A DNA stretch of 47,825 nucleotides from a virus: the IMG/VR virus record IMGVR_UViG_3300030399_000027. One strand, 5' to 3'. Below the pieces are notes generated by a model. That model saw nothing but the letters and a program-made list of their open reading frames with translations. It had not been told where the DNA came from and did not search any database. The position numbers and the translations under genes are program-made. Below are positions 33,490 through 41,895 of this stretch, in pieces (the stretch's first letter is position 1; each line of letters starts with the position of its first letter).

Positions 33490-33748
33490 TGTGCCAATAG
33501 GGTGCCACGCCGTCATTCGTAAATCCTAGTTGATTGATTTTAATGAGCATTTTCATTTAATCGGTCCCATATAATACCCGTTTTCGGCATTTTTCATACT
33601 ACCGTTAAGGGCTTGATTTGTATGGGCTTTACGATTGATGGCTTGAAAATACAGCAAATTCTCATTATCCCGAACCGCTTATTACTACCGTTAGAGTAGT
33701 TTCGTCCCTTGTCGACAGTGTGCCAGTGTGCCAAAATAGGTGCCACGC
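33489..33748. other. Candidate attP / int regulatory region: AT-rich core flanked by direct repeats carrying GTGCCA boxes
   Basis: GTGTGCCAATAGGGTGCCACGC (33489-33510) versus GTGTGCCAAAATAGGTGCCACGC (33726-33748). Immediately upstream of int. Contains two palindrome-motif copies (33597-33615 and 33683-33701). Confidence 0.4.
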
Positions 33749-33760
33749 AACGGGGGAACT

Positions 33761-34870
33761 ATGGGCACTATCACCACGCGCACGAGCGCGGACGGAACTA
33801 CATCGTACAAAGCCCAGGTTCGCATTCGTCGCGGGGGCGTCGTCATTCACCAAGAGACACAGACGTTCGACCGGAAACAAGTCGCTGCCGCATGGGCAAA
33901 GAAGCGCGAGACGGAGCTATCCAAGGCAGGCGCAATCGCGGAAGCGAAGGCCGAAGACCCAATATTAGCAGACGTGATCCAGCGCTACATTAACGAGTCT
34001 CAGAAGGATTTGGGCCGTACCAAGAAGCAAGCGCTAGCGCTCATCCAGAATAGCAAGCTTGGGCAAGTCAAGGGCTCGCAGATCATGGTCAACACCCTTG
34101 TCGATTGGGGAAAATCGCTTGGTGTCCAGCCTGCTACGGTAGCGCATTATTTCTCGCACCTAAAGTCCGTGTACAAAATCGCTCGCCCTGCGTGGGGCTA
34201 TCCGATCAGCAAGATAACCATTATGGAAGCGCTGGACGTGCTTTCAGAGCTAGGAGTTACCGGGACATCGAATAGCCGTGATAGACGGCCTACGCTTGAT
34301 GAAATTAGCCGGATTATTGAGTACGTGCGGAAAAAGCGGATAGCTAACCCGGCCTTGTTCCCCTATGACCTGATTTTCTTGTTTGCTATTTTTTCGTCTC
34401 GAAGACGCAGCGAGATAGCGCGAATGAAATGGACCGATATAGATCAGTCCGCGTCGCGCCTGCTTGTTTTTGATATGAAAGACCCGAAAAAAAAAATCGG
34501 CAATCACATATGGGTTGATTTAACGCCGGAAGCGTTACGCGTCGCTCGTGCTGCCCCGCGAACAGATAGCGAGCGCATATTCCCGTGTTCAGTCGCGGCG
34601 ATCAGTGGTGAATTCGAGGAAGCTTGCGAAAAGCTAGAGATAGACAACCTGACATTCCACGACTTGCGGCACGAAGGGGTTAGCCGGTTATTCGAGCTAG
34701 GAATGAGCATCCCGGCTGTTTCGATTATGTCAGGGCATAAGACATGGGTTCACCTGAAGCGGTACGCGCATATCCACGCTTTCGGTGATAAATACGCGGG
34801 CTGGAAGTGGCTAGATATTGTAGCGCCACTTCCGCAACTCCCGCTTGGTCACGTCAAACCGCAAAGCTGA
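33761..34870 (+). CDS. int: tyrosine-type site-specific integrase
   Basis: C-terminal HDLRHEGVSRL...SGHKTW..LKRYAH (R-H-R-Y catalytic pattern). Start trimmed to ATG 33761 with a GGGGGA SD. Confidence 0.9.
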   Translation: MGTITTRTSADGTTSYKAQVRIRRGGVVIHQETQTFDRKQVAAAWAKKRETELSKAGAIAEAKAEDPILADVIQRYINESQKDLGRTKKQALALIQNSKLGQVKGSQIMVNTLVDWGKSLGVQPATVAHYFSHLKSVYKIARPAWGYPISKITIMEALDVLSELGVTGTSNSRDRRPTLDEISRIIEYVRKKRIANPALFPYDLIFLFAIFSSRRRSEIARMKWTDIDQSASRLLVFDMKDPKKKIGNHIWVDLTPEALRVARAAPRTDSERIFPCSVAAISGEFEEACEKLEIDNLTFHDLRHEGVSRLFELGMSIPAVSIMSGHKTWVHLKRYAHIHAFGDKYAGWKWLDIVAPLPQLPLGHVKPQS

Positions 34871-35115
34871 TTGCGTTCTTTTACTGCTGCCGCCCGTTGT
34901 GCATCGATATAATCAGCCAAGTCTTGAACGTAGACGCCTCGGGCCGATTTAATGCTTTTCTCGGCGCGGACGATTGGTAATGCGATCTCTCCGCGTGCGA
35001 TCTTCCCTGAAAACTTGTCTAGCTCAAGATGAGAGAAGTATTCACGGCGCACGTCATCAAGCGGGATGATTGCGCGCGCCCCGAATTGAGCCATAAGAAG
35101 AAAAACTGTATTCAT
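34849..35115 (-). CDS. prtN: PrtN-family (pyocin activator-like) DNA-binding protein; possible excision or regulatory factor
   Basis: MNTVFLLMAQFGARAIIPLDDVRREYFSHL...ALPIVR...ARGVYVQDLADYID matches the PrtN family as I recall it. Convergent with and overlapping int. Confidence 0.65.
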   Translation of the reverse strand: MNTVFLLMAQFGARAIIPLDDVRREYFSHLELDKFSGKIARGEIALPIVRAEKSIKSARGVYVQDLADYIDAQRAAAVKERNQLCGLT

Positions 35116-35411
35116 GGACGGCGGCTCACTGGTTCGCGAATAGCGCTGCGCAACGTTGCGTCATAGCCTTTCAATTCAGGCCATTGCGAGAACGCGCTTG
35201 TCGGGGCCGCGTCGATGCGCTCCGCTGTCTTGATATAGCGCGCTCCGTTATACCCTCCCCAAAGTTTCCCCTTCCGAGCCATCGCTTTGCAAAGCTCGCT
35301 CAGAATTGATACCGGAACATGGGGTATCAGCGCTATCAACTCGTGAAACGAGTAGGCTTTTCCATCCTGCATCACGGCCAACACTTCGGCCTCTCTATTC
35401 GCAGCTTTCAT
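35112..35411 (-). CDS. hypothetical (winged-helix-like) protein, 99 aa
   Basis: Track ORF. Overlapping operon. Confidence 0.55.
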   Translation of the reverse strand: MKAANREAEVLAVMQDGKAYSFHELIALIPHVPVSILSELCKAMARKGKLWGGYNGARYIKTAERIDAAPTSAFSQWPELKGYDATLRSAIREPVSRRP

Positions 35412-35745
35412 ATTCCTCGATCCTTTCTTTGGCCGGTATGTGTTTTGATAGCGCGGCTTGGCATTCGATAATCAAGTCGCGCTCGGTGAACCCGTAGTGC
35501 TCTAAAAACTGTTCCTCGTTGAAGTAGTGAACGCTGGTTTTGTAATCAACCGCGTGATGCATCAAACAAAGTGGGATCGTCAGATAGTTGGACGCCCGCA
35601 TATTGGCGAAACGGCCATGAATTCGGTGATGAATAATTGCTTGCATCCCGCTCACGTCATATCCCAATCTGTTACAGATGCAGCAACCTCGCGCAGCGAC
35701 CAATCCCATGTAGCGGCGCTCGGCCGCCGTTGCTGTCTTAGCCAA
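35395..35745 (-). CDS. Ref-like / DUF968-like HNH recombination enhancement nuclease
   Basis: GCCIC...IHHRIHG...IPLCLMHH motif arrangement. TTG start with a GAGGA SD. Confidence 0.6.
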   Translation of the reverse strand: MAKTATAAERRYMGLVAARGCCICNRLGYDVSGMQAIIHHRIHGRFANMRASNYLTIPLCLMHHAVDYKTSVHYFNEEQFLEHYGFTERDLIIECQAALSKHIPAKERIEEYESCE

Positions 35746-35761
35746 ACTTCCTCACCATTTC

Positions 35762-35768
35762 GGTAGTA
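35762..35768 (-). promoter_or_regulatory. Orientation-locked TACTACC box, 16 nt upstream of TTG 35745
   Basis: - strand reads TACTACC-gaaat-GGTGAGG-aagt-TTG. Confidence 0.35.
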
Positions 35769-35780
35769 TTTGTGGGCGTG

Positions 35781-36194
35781 CTAATGCCACTCTTCCATGC
35801 CCTTGGCGGCGGGAAGACGAACATTGTTTTGCGAGCACCAGGCCAAAATGTATTCAATCAGGCTAGACATGCGCCCTACGCCCATCTGAGCCGATGATTC
35901 GCGTATGTTGACCCATTCCCCTTCCAAGCCTGGAACCATGTCCGCTCCGAGCCCGGTAGCGATGGCGTGAGCGCTAATCATCAGCGTCTTCCACTGCACG
36001 GCATTCAAAACGCGTCCATGCCACTTCGCTTGTTTGGCTATGTGGCCGAACAGAGCGTGCAGCATGGCGTTTTGATCAAGTGACCGGGTTGGCGGTTGGA
36101 GCGTCATGAAAAACCCGTCCGGGGCATCAACGAACGCTTGAGCCATGCGCTCGCGTGTTTGCTCGTTCAGAACCGATACGATTTTCTCGCTCAC
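35781..36194 (-). CDS. ninB: NinB/Orf-family recombination mediator
   Basis: RSLDQNAMLHALFGHIAKQAKWHGRVL...WK parallels lambda NinB RSLDQN..LWA.LGD.S.Q..WHGR.L. Confidence 0.8.
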   Translation of the reverse strand: MSEKIVSVLNEQTRERMAQAFVDAPDGFFMTLQPPTRSLDQNAMLHALFGHIAKQAKWHGRVLNAVQWKTLMISAHAIATGLGADMVPGLEGEWVNIRESSAQMGVGRMSSLIEYILAWCSQNNVRLPAAKGMEEWH

Positions 36195-36607
36195 AGGGTG
36201 GGCTCCCCAAGCGACAGGTAATAATTCAGGTGCTTAACTGCTTCGTCAAAGCCGCGAGCGATAACGCAGAAATATCCTTTGTCACGAAGCTTGGCAATCA
36301 TCGCGTGCTGCTCTGAGCTTGTTGTTCCTCCCTTCTGCCGCTTCATTTCGATGAACAGGCCGCCATAAATGCCGCACTTCTCGGCGACCATGATGTCGGG
36401 CACGCCCTTGCGCAAACCCTCTTTCTTCATCTTGTGACCGGTCTTGCGCGATCGGCGGCCAGCGTTCGGGATGGCGAACGCAACGATGTTGCGATACTGC
36501 AATTCGAGGTATTCGAAAAACGTCACTTGCTCGTCGTGCTCAAGTGGCGTCGTGTTTATTATGGCGGTTTGCTTCAAAGCGTTTTCCCCGAACGGATAAA
36601 TTTCCAC
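36191..36607 (-). CDS. VRR-NUC domain nuclease
   Basis: HDEQV..F...AIPN...G..KGVPDIMV...LFIEMK...G..SSEQ...L...G pattern. Confidence 0.8.
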   Translation of the reverse strand: MEIYPFGENALKQTAIINTTPLEHDEQVTFFEYLELQYRNIVAFAIPNAGRRSRKTGHKMKKEGLRKGVPDIMVAEKCGIYGGLFIEMKRQKGGTTSSEQHAMIAKLRDKGYFCVIARGFDEAVKHLNYYLSLGEPTL

Positions 36608-36762
36608 AATTCAATCTTGGCGGTTTCTGCTGCCGCGTCGCCATGCTTCAGCCTGACGGCATGAACGAGGTTTTGTGCCCGCACAAAGTTGCCTCGCTGC
36701 CCGTCGCGCGCCGCTTCCTTGAATACCGCTAGGCAAGCGGCGCGCTGTTCATCGACAGTCAT
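36574..36762 (-). CDS. hypothetical small protein, 62 aa
   Basis: Track ORF 36574..36834 trimmed to ATG 36762 (TGATG-type coupling to the exonuclease stop). Confidence 0.4.
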   Translation of the reverse strand: MTVDEQRAACLAVFKEAARDGQRGNFVRAQNLVHAVRLKHGDAAAETAKIELWKFIRSGKTL

Positions 36763-37586
36763 CAGAAGGGGATTTCGCAAAGCTCTTGCGGGGTGCGGAC
36801 AGAGACAGGGTTGAACGTCATCTTGCGATAGCACCGATACGCCGCCGTCACGTCATCGCAGCAGTAGTCCGCCACGTCATCGATACGACCATCTAGCACC
36901 ATATCGAGCACCATCGAGCCGTCGATACCTTCCGTCTTGCCGATCACGCCGAGCGCCGCGCAAAGAGCGTCAAGCTTGATCGACCCTTGAGCGCCGCACC
37001 AACGCGTCATCGTGTCGAAAATGTCATCACCCCACGGCTTAGCCTGGAACGGGATGATTGCCGGTGGTTTGATACCAAGGATCACGGCGCGCTGAAACAG
37101 AAAGCGCAAGTCGAACTGTGCTACGTAGTGCCCCACGTAAAGCGGATTGCGCATCGATTGCGGGCTGAAATTATCCGCGATTGCTTCAAACGCATCCGTC
37201 AAAATCTCGCGCTCGGCGTCCGGGTCGCGGTAATCGCCACGATAGAACGCGATAGGCGATTCGTCATTGAACTGCAAGCCGATAACTGCGATTCGACCAC
37301 GGGAGCCGTCGAATGACGTTTTGCGCCATTCTGCTTGGGCTACTTCCTCGCTCTTTTCTTCCTTGAATCGAGCCGCCCACAAATCCAGCGCGTTCGCCTT
37401 GCTCGTGAATTTGATTTCGTCATTGTCCGTCATGCCCAGGTCGGCGCAAGCCTTTTCCTTCGTCATGTCGGAAGGCGCTTTGAAGTTCTCTTGAACAGCG
37501 GCGCGGAACGCATCGAGCGCACCATCGCGCATATCTGGCAACGTTTCGATGTCGAGTGTGGTTGTGGGCGTGTCGATGACGTTCAT
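36762..37586 (-). CDS. DEDD-type 3'-5' exonuclease (DnaQ/PolB-exo-like)
   Basis: LDIET (Exo I), GHYVAQFDLRFL (Exo II), YCCDDV (Exo III). C-terminus ends EIPF. Confidence 0.75.
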   Translation of the reverse strand: MNVIDTPTTTLDIETLPDMRDGALDAFRAAVQENFKAPSDMTKEKACADLGMTDNDEIKFTSKANALDLWAARFKEEKSEEVAQAEWRKTSFDGSRGRIAVIGLQFNDESPIAFYRGDYRDPDAEREILTDAFEAIADNFSPQSMRNPLYVGHYVAQFDLRFLFQRAVILGIKPPAIIPFQAKPWGDDIFDTMTRWCGAQGSIKLDALCAALGVIGKTEGIDGSMVLDMVLDGRIDDVADYCCDDVTAAYRCYRKMTFNPVSVRTPQELCEIPF

Positions 37587-37601
37587 TTTTAATCCTATTT
37601 T

Positions 37602-37608
37602 GGTAGTA
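37602..37608 (-). promoter_or_regulatory. Orientation-locked TACTACC box, 15 nt upstream of ATG 37586
   Basis: - strand reads TACTACC-aaaat-AGGATTA-aaa-ATG. Confidence 0.35.
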
Positions 37609-37651
37609 TATAAATCGGCTAAGAATCACCTAGCCGTATCGAATCACTGTG

Positions 37652-38461
37652 TTAGATCGCGGCCGGGGAGAATGCCGCGCTGATCGTTGCATGCCACGTT
37701 TGAGCCCACTCCAAAGCAAGCGCGGACGCTTGGTTGGTTTCCGGTGTGTCGCCCTTGTTGATTGCCATGAAGAACCGTTCGGCCGGTCGGCTCGAATCAC
37801 GCGGGATAGCAAAATCGCCTGACTCAATATCGACGCCTTGAGCCGTGGCGATTGTGCCAACCAAGCATGAGCACGCACCCGTGTACGTCGAGCCATCGAC
37901 GCGGCCGTTTTTGAGGGCGTCGATAAGTGCAGGGACTTCGCGCGGAGCTTGCGAAATAACCTCGATGAAATCAGCCTTGATTGGAAGCAGGTTCGCGCTA
38001 CGCAGGTTCGCGCTACGCAGGTACGCGCTACTCAGGTACGCGCCACTCAGGTCCGCGCTACGCAGGCCCGCGCCACTCAGGTTCGCGCTACGCAGGTCCG
38101 CGCTACGCAGGTCCGCGCTACGCAGGTACGCGCTACGCAGGTTCGCGCCACTCAGGTCCGCGCTACGCAGGTCCGCGCCACTCAGGTTCGCGCTACGCAG
38201 GTCCGCGCCACTCAGGTCCGCGCTACGCAGGTCCGCGCCACTCAGGTGCGCGCTACTCAGGTCCGCGCTACGCAGGTCCGCGCCACTCAGGTGCGCGCTA
38301 CTCAGGTCCGCGCTACGCAGGTCCGCGCCACTCAGGTCCGCGCCACTCAGGTCAACTTTTGCCTTGACGGCAAAAGTCAATGTTAGAGCCATCGAGTTCT
38401 CTTCGGCGTCGTGAGCGAAAAGAACAGCAAGCGACCAGCGATTTTTGATTTCGATACGCAT
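37652..38461 (-). CDS. pentapeptide-repeat protein, 269 aa (about 24 A(D/N)LXX-type repeats plus a roughly 100-aa C-terminal domain)
   Basis: DLSGADLSGADLRSADLSSAHLSGADLRSADL... Start trimmed to ATG 38461 (MRIEIKNRW...). Confidence 0.85.
   Translation of the reverse strand: MRIEIKNRWSLAVLFAHDAEENSMALTLTFAVKAKVDLSGADLSGADLRSADLSSAHLSGADLRSADLSSAHLSGADLRSADLSGADLRSANLSGADLRSADLSGANLRSAYLRSADLRSADLRSANLSGAGLRSADLSGAYLSSAYLRSANLRSANLLPIKADFIEVISQAPREVPALIDALKNGRVDGSTYTGACSCLVGTIATAQGVDIESGDFAIPRDSSRPAERFFMAINKGDTPETNQASALALEWAQTWHATISAAFSPAAI
37988..38347. repeat. Tandem array of 24 x 15 bp (CAGGTNCGCGCYAYK), coding for the pentapeptide repeats
   Basis: Perfect 15-nt register across 360 bp, read directly. 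All three + frames are also open here as an artefact. Confidence 0.9.
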
Positions 38462-38523
38462 GATTTTCCTAATGTCGGGTTGGCAAGTCAGTGAGCTAAC
38501 TATACAACCAATCTCACCGTTTT

Positions 38524-38530
38524 GGTAGTA
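38524..38530 (-). promoter_or_regulatory. TACTACC box with degenerate partner (TACTACC-aaaac-GGTGAGA), 62 nt upstream of the pentapeptide gene
   Basis: Intergenic position. Same orientation as the other boxes in the leftward operon. Confidence 0.35.
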
Positions 38531-38537
38531 TTTAGTT

Positions 38538-38783
38538 TTAAAAAAGTGGATCGAATGCGCCCACGTGTTTCTGTGCCTCGCGCACTTCCGATTGTGCGCG
38601 CCGGAAAGCCTCGCTAGCGAGCGTTTCCCGGTTCTCGGCATCGATCACATCGTACAGTTCCTTGCTGATCCCGACCATTTGCAGGGCGTATTCAAGCGTT
38701 GCAGGCGTGCAGCCGTTCAACATGGTGTTGCCCAGGGCGTGGAGCTTCGTTGTCGCTTGCATATACTTTTCTGCTGAATTCAT
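38538..38783 (-). CDS. hypothetical protein, 81 aa
   Basis: Track ORF. 4-nt overlap with the upstream gene. Confidence 0.55.
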   Translation of the reverse strand: MNSAEKYMQATTKLHALGNTMLNGCTPATLEYALQMVGISKELYDVIDAENRETLASEAFRRAQSEVREAQKHVGAFDPLF

Positions 38784-38977
38784 TGCGGTAACTTCCCTTT
38801 AATTTTGAGTTTCGCCACTCCGCGCCATAGATAGTGCACGGCGTAGCAGTGATTGCAATGGTGCGTGATGGTCATGAACCAGTTCGACAAAACGTACATC
38901 GGGAATTCATGCTCGGCTCCGCACGTAGCGCACACGTACCCAGTCGGGTGCGCCAGCGTCGTGCGGACGGGCTTCAT
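38780..38977 (-). CDS. small zinc-finger protein, 65 aa (Ogr/Delta-like spacing; candidate late activator)
   Basis: C-X2-C-X21-C-X2-C (VCATCG...HHCNHC). Size and spacing are reminiscent of P2 Ogr. Confidence 0.4.
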   Translation of the reverse strand: MKPVRTTLAHPTGYVCATCGAEHEFPMYVLSNWFMTITHHCNHCYAVHYLWRGVAKLKIKGKLPQ

Positions 38978-39843
38978 GCTGCCATTGCAGCGTCGATTGC
39001 TCCGCGTGCTGTGCTGCCCGTTGCAACCGTGCTGCCGTCATAGGTGACGACTGAGAACAGGCCATTGCTCTCGCAGCCTTCGATTGTGTGACCGGAGTCG
39101 ATAAGCCAGTCGAGGCGCTGCGTGTCGGTGATTACCGGCTCGCTGAATGGCTTCAGGTGCTTTGCGCTGGCCTTGGTCTTGCCTGCTGCCTTCGCCACCT
39201 TTACGCCTTCCTGAAGATGCTCTACCGCGCCCGCTCCCTTCTGCTTGATGGCTTTGATAGCGGTAGTTGCCGATACCTCCCCCGCCTTCACCATGTCCTT
39301 AATTGACGTTGGCGCAGCGTGCAGCATGAGCCGGTTATTGAACGTTTCCGTGGCCATGCCGAGACGCCGCTGAATTTCTTGCTCGCTGACGCCAAGCCCC
39401 ATAATCTGCCTGATGATGATTGCCTCTCCGAGCGGGTTTGGCTGCTTGCTGGAATTTCCCAGGATATGCTCGAAATATCGATCAACGTCCGTGGTTCCCT
39501 TTTCCTCATTGATAACCGGAAGGTTTTCAATCGGCATGCCCTCACTGATACAGATAAGCGCAGCGTTGTATCGAGTATGACCGCCGGATAGGTAGAAATA
39601 ACCATCATCGGAAATGGTTCCAAGCAACGTCTTGTCTCGCCGGAACCCGTTAGCCTTGATCTTGTCGGCAATAGAGCGCAAGTGTGCCGGGTAGTCCGGG
39701 TCCGCCTCGCGGTGCGCGTTGAATCCTTCGCGTACACGAATTTTTCCGATGGGCATCATGTACCCGTCAACGCGCCCTTGGCCGTTTGCTGCCTCGCGTA
39801 ACTGCTCGCGGTTTCCTGCTACCAGTTCAGCAACTTGGTTCAT
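38974..39843 (-). CDS. ParB-like nuclease/partition-domain protein with an HTH
   Basis: IGKIRVREGFN...YLSGGHTRYNA ParB N-domain-like, followed by an HTH region. Confidence 0.65.
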   Translation of the reverse strand: MNQVAELVAGNREQLREAANGQGRVDGYMMPIGKIRVREGFNAHREADPDYPAHLRSIADKIKANGFRRDKTLLGTISDDGYFYLSGGHTRYNAALICISEGMPIENLPVINEEKGTTDVDRYFEHILGNSSKQPNPLGEAIIIRQIMGLGVSEQEIQRRLGMATETFNNRLMLHAAPTSIKDMVKAGEVSATTAIKAIKQKGAGAVEHLQEGVKVAKAAGKTKASAKHLKPFSEPVITDTQRLDWLIDSGHTIEGCESNGLFSVVTYDGSTVATGSTARGAIDAAMAA

Positions 39844-39875
39844 TTCATATTATCCGGTTGTGGTGCATGGTTGAA

Positions 39876-40820
39876 TTACCGTCCGTCGCGAATGAATCGG
39901 ATCGCTTCGAGCACATCGGCCACGTTGCGGGGTGACGTGCGGCGCTTGGCTGCGTCGGAAAGGTTCGCGAACACCAATCCATCGTCAGGTAGCACGAACG
40001 CCGTAGCCGCGTGATTTGATGCCTTGGCGATGACTTGCGCCGTCTCGCCGTCCAGAAGGTCAAGCAAGGTTGAATCGAACGATGCGCGAACCGGGCTCAC
40101 CCGCGCTACGGATGCGGTCAAAGGCTGATAGCCAGTTCCAACGGAGCGGTTGTCCCACGGGTCGCTTTTCGGCTTTGCCAAAACGGTAGGCACGCTCTCG
40201 ACTTCAAAGCCAGCTTCGACGCGCTCCCAACCTGCCGGGACATCGATTATCGGCACTGGATCAAAGCCCTTGATCGGCTCCATGATTTCAGCCTGGACCG
40301 GCTTTGCGGCTTCAATCGCTGCTTGTGCTACGGCAAGCTGTTCGCGCAATTCCCGATTGGCTTTCTCGGTAGCATCGCGCTCTGCCTGCAATGCGGCCTC
40401 GCGTTCGGCGGCAAGACGGCGTTCCTCGGCCAACTCAGCGTCGCGGATTGCTTGGGCCTCTGCCGCCTTACGGTCGGCCTCTTCCTTCGCTTCACGTTCC
40501 TTGCGCAAATCCTCTGCGCGAATCTGCTTGTCGTAATCAAGCTCAAGCTTCGTGAGTTCCTTCGTGATGCGCGCGGCCTCGGCGTCAATCTCGCGGCCAG
40601 CTTCCAGATGCGGAGCTTTCAATTCGACCCGCTTCTTTTCCACGCTAACGCGGTATTCCTTCACTTCGGCGCGGTCGGCGCGGGCCGCCTTCATGCCGAC
40701 AGTCGTCTTTACGTCATGCACAACGCCAGTGTGACGCGATTTAAGCGCTTCGAGCGCGGCGTTGATTTCGCTAAAAGGGGCAAGGTTCTGCGACACGCTC
40801 GTATTCTCTGTTGTGGTCAT
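39876..40820 (-). CDS. coiled-coil protein, 314 aa (start uncertain: ATG 40820 or 40892)
   Basis: Track ORF 39876..40955. The central Glu/Arg/Ala-rich coiled coil is typical of phage recombination-module accessory proteins. Confidence 0.6.
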   Translation of the reverse strand: MTTTENTSVSQNLAPFSEINAALEALKSRHTGVVHDVKTTVGMKAARADRAEVKEYRVSVEKKRVELKAPHLEAGREIDAEAARITKELTKLELDYDKQIRAEDLRKEREAKEEADRKAAEAQAIRDAELAEERRLAAEREAALQAERDATEKANRELREQLAVAQAAIEAAKPVQAEIMEPIKGFDPVPIIDVPAGWERVEAGFEVESVPTVLAKPKSDPWDNRSVGTGYQPLTASVARVSPVRASFDSTLLDLLDGETAQVIAKASNHAATAFVLPDDGLVFANLSDAAKRRTSPRNVADVLEAIRFIRDGR

Positions 40821-41115
40821 TTGTGTGTTCCGTCTCGGTTGGTAGGTTTCTGTCCGCAAAGTCTTTGTCGCCGTAGTTTCGTAGTGCGCCATCTGCTCGG
40901 TAGTGGCAATACAAACTGCCCCGTCGATGTTTAAACCAGTACGCCCCGCAAACACATGACAGCTTCGAGTTATCCCGGTTGTTCATCCAGGCATCAACCC
41001 GGTAACTTCGTTCGCCGCACGTTCGGCACTTCGGTATTATTTCGTACTGCTCGGGAAGAAGTCGCAACACGCTGCGCGTCTCACATTTCCGGCATCTGAC
41101 GTGCGTTCTTGCCAC
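40771..41115 (-). CDS. Cys-rich zinc-finger protein, 114 aa
   Basis: CRKC-X17-CRTC plus further Cys/His. GTG start with an AGGGGG SD. First gene after promoter 41145-41174. Confidence 0.6.
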   Translation of the reverse strand: MARTHVRCRKCETRSVLRLLPEQYEIIPKCRTCGERSYRVDAWMNNRDNSKLSCVCGAYWFKHRRGSLYCHYRADGALRNYGDKDFADRNLPTETEHTNDHNREYERVAEPCPF

Positions 41116-41144
41116 TTCGCCCCCTGTTTCGCTACCGCAAGTGA

Positions 41145-41174
41145 ATACTATCGTTGCGGTAGCATTTGAGTCAA
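41145..41174 (-). promoter_or_regulatory. sigma70-like promoter with an embedded operator, plus a second operator copy at 41183-41201
   Basis: - strand reads TTGACT-N18-TAGTAT. TACTATC 41146-41152, N5, GGTAGCA 41158-41164. The upstream copy is TACTACC-ttttt-GGTTGAT, with centres 37 bp apart. Confidence 0.6.
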
Positions 41175-41200
41175 GACTTATTTACTACCTTTTTGGTTGA

Positions 41201-41866
41201 TCAGAATGGAATTTCGTCATCGAATCCATCCGGCGCGTTCGGATGCCCGCTGCTGGTAGTGCGCCGCGAGCCCAAGGATGATGACGCGTTGCCCTTATTC
41301 TTAACCGGGCGATCACGAAGCAATTCAAGGATCAGCGGATATTTCAGCGCCTGGGTCTTGCGATCCATGATTTCGGACGCGAACAGGTTGTCGGCTTCGC
41401 GGAACACCGCATTGAGTCGCGTTGACCAACCAAATTCGCCGGTCGGCTTGCCATCCTGCTTTTTCTCATATTCCTCCATGATGAACATGAGGCCGATTTG
41501 TTTGTTCAGCAGTTCGGGAAACTGCAACAGAACCTTTTCTTCGTTCTGCTTTGTGTCTGCGTTCCAGACCTGCGACTTGACCTTGGCTTCGGTCAATTCC
41601 TTCACGCTCATGCAGGCCATGATTGCAATGAGCAAGCCGTAATCGCCAAGCTTGGTCCCGTCTTCCTTGACGGTGTACACGGTGAAGTTCGCCATATCCC
41701 CATCGTTCCCCTTGAACGAGAACGAGACGCCATGCGTGCCGGTCGTGGCTAGTATCTTTTCGGCCTTGGTGAAAACGCCAGTGAAAGCGCCCTTCACGTC
41801 GATAAAGTGAGTGCGGTTCTCTGCCTTGCGTGCTGCGTCAACTGCATCTTTGGTCAGTGCGTACAT
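41201..41866 (-). CDS. phage single-stranded-DNA-binding-like protein with an SSB-type acidic tip
   Basis: Ends ...DGFDDEIPF (compare E. coli SSB DDDIPF). Adjacent to the Sak4-like ATPase. Confidence 0.6.
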   Translation of the reverse strand: MYALTKDAVDAARKAENRTHFIDVKGAFTGVFTKAEKILATTGTHGVSFSFKGNDGDMANFTVYTVKEDGTKLGDYGLLIAIMACMSVKELTEAKVKSQVWNADTKQNEEKVLLQFPELLNKQIGLMFIMEEYEKKQDGKPTGEFGWSTRLNAVFREADNLFASEIMDRKTQALKYPLILELLRDRPVKNKGNASSSLGSRRTTSSGHPNAPDGFDDEIPF

Positions 41867-41895
41867 TTGCTATCCTTTGGAACGGTTTAGGCGCT

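Noticed and set aside
33086-33556. 156-aa - strand ORF starting downstream of motif copy 33597-33603.
   Set aside because: Most of it is antisense to the well-supported DUF1353 gene. Only the first approximately 30 codons are intergenic. A short leader peptide or RNA cannot be excluded, but the long ORF is not credible.
37988-38347. The regular short repeats could be mistaken for a CRISPR array.
   Set aside because: The 15-bp units are contiguous with no spacers, and they lie inside a coding sequence. No cas genes or leader are present.
37845-38414. Three overlapping + strand ORFs (37845-38414, 37949-38386, 37981-38367) with striking repeats (RATQV..., RYAGP..., LRRSA...).
   Set aside because: They are artefacts of the 15-bp tandem repeat, which keeps every frame open. 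Only the - strand frame gives a canonical pentapeptide-repeat protein with flanking non-repeat domains, an SD and operon context.
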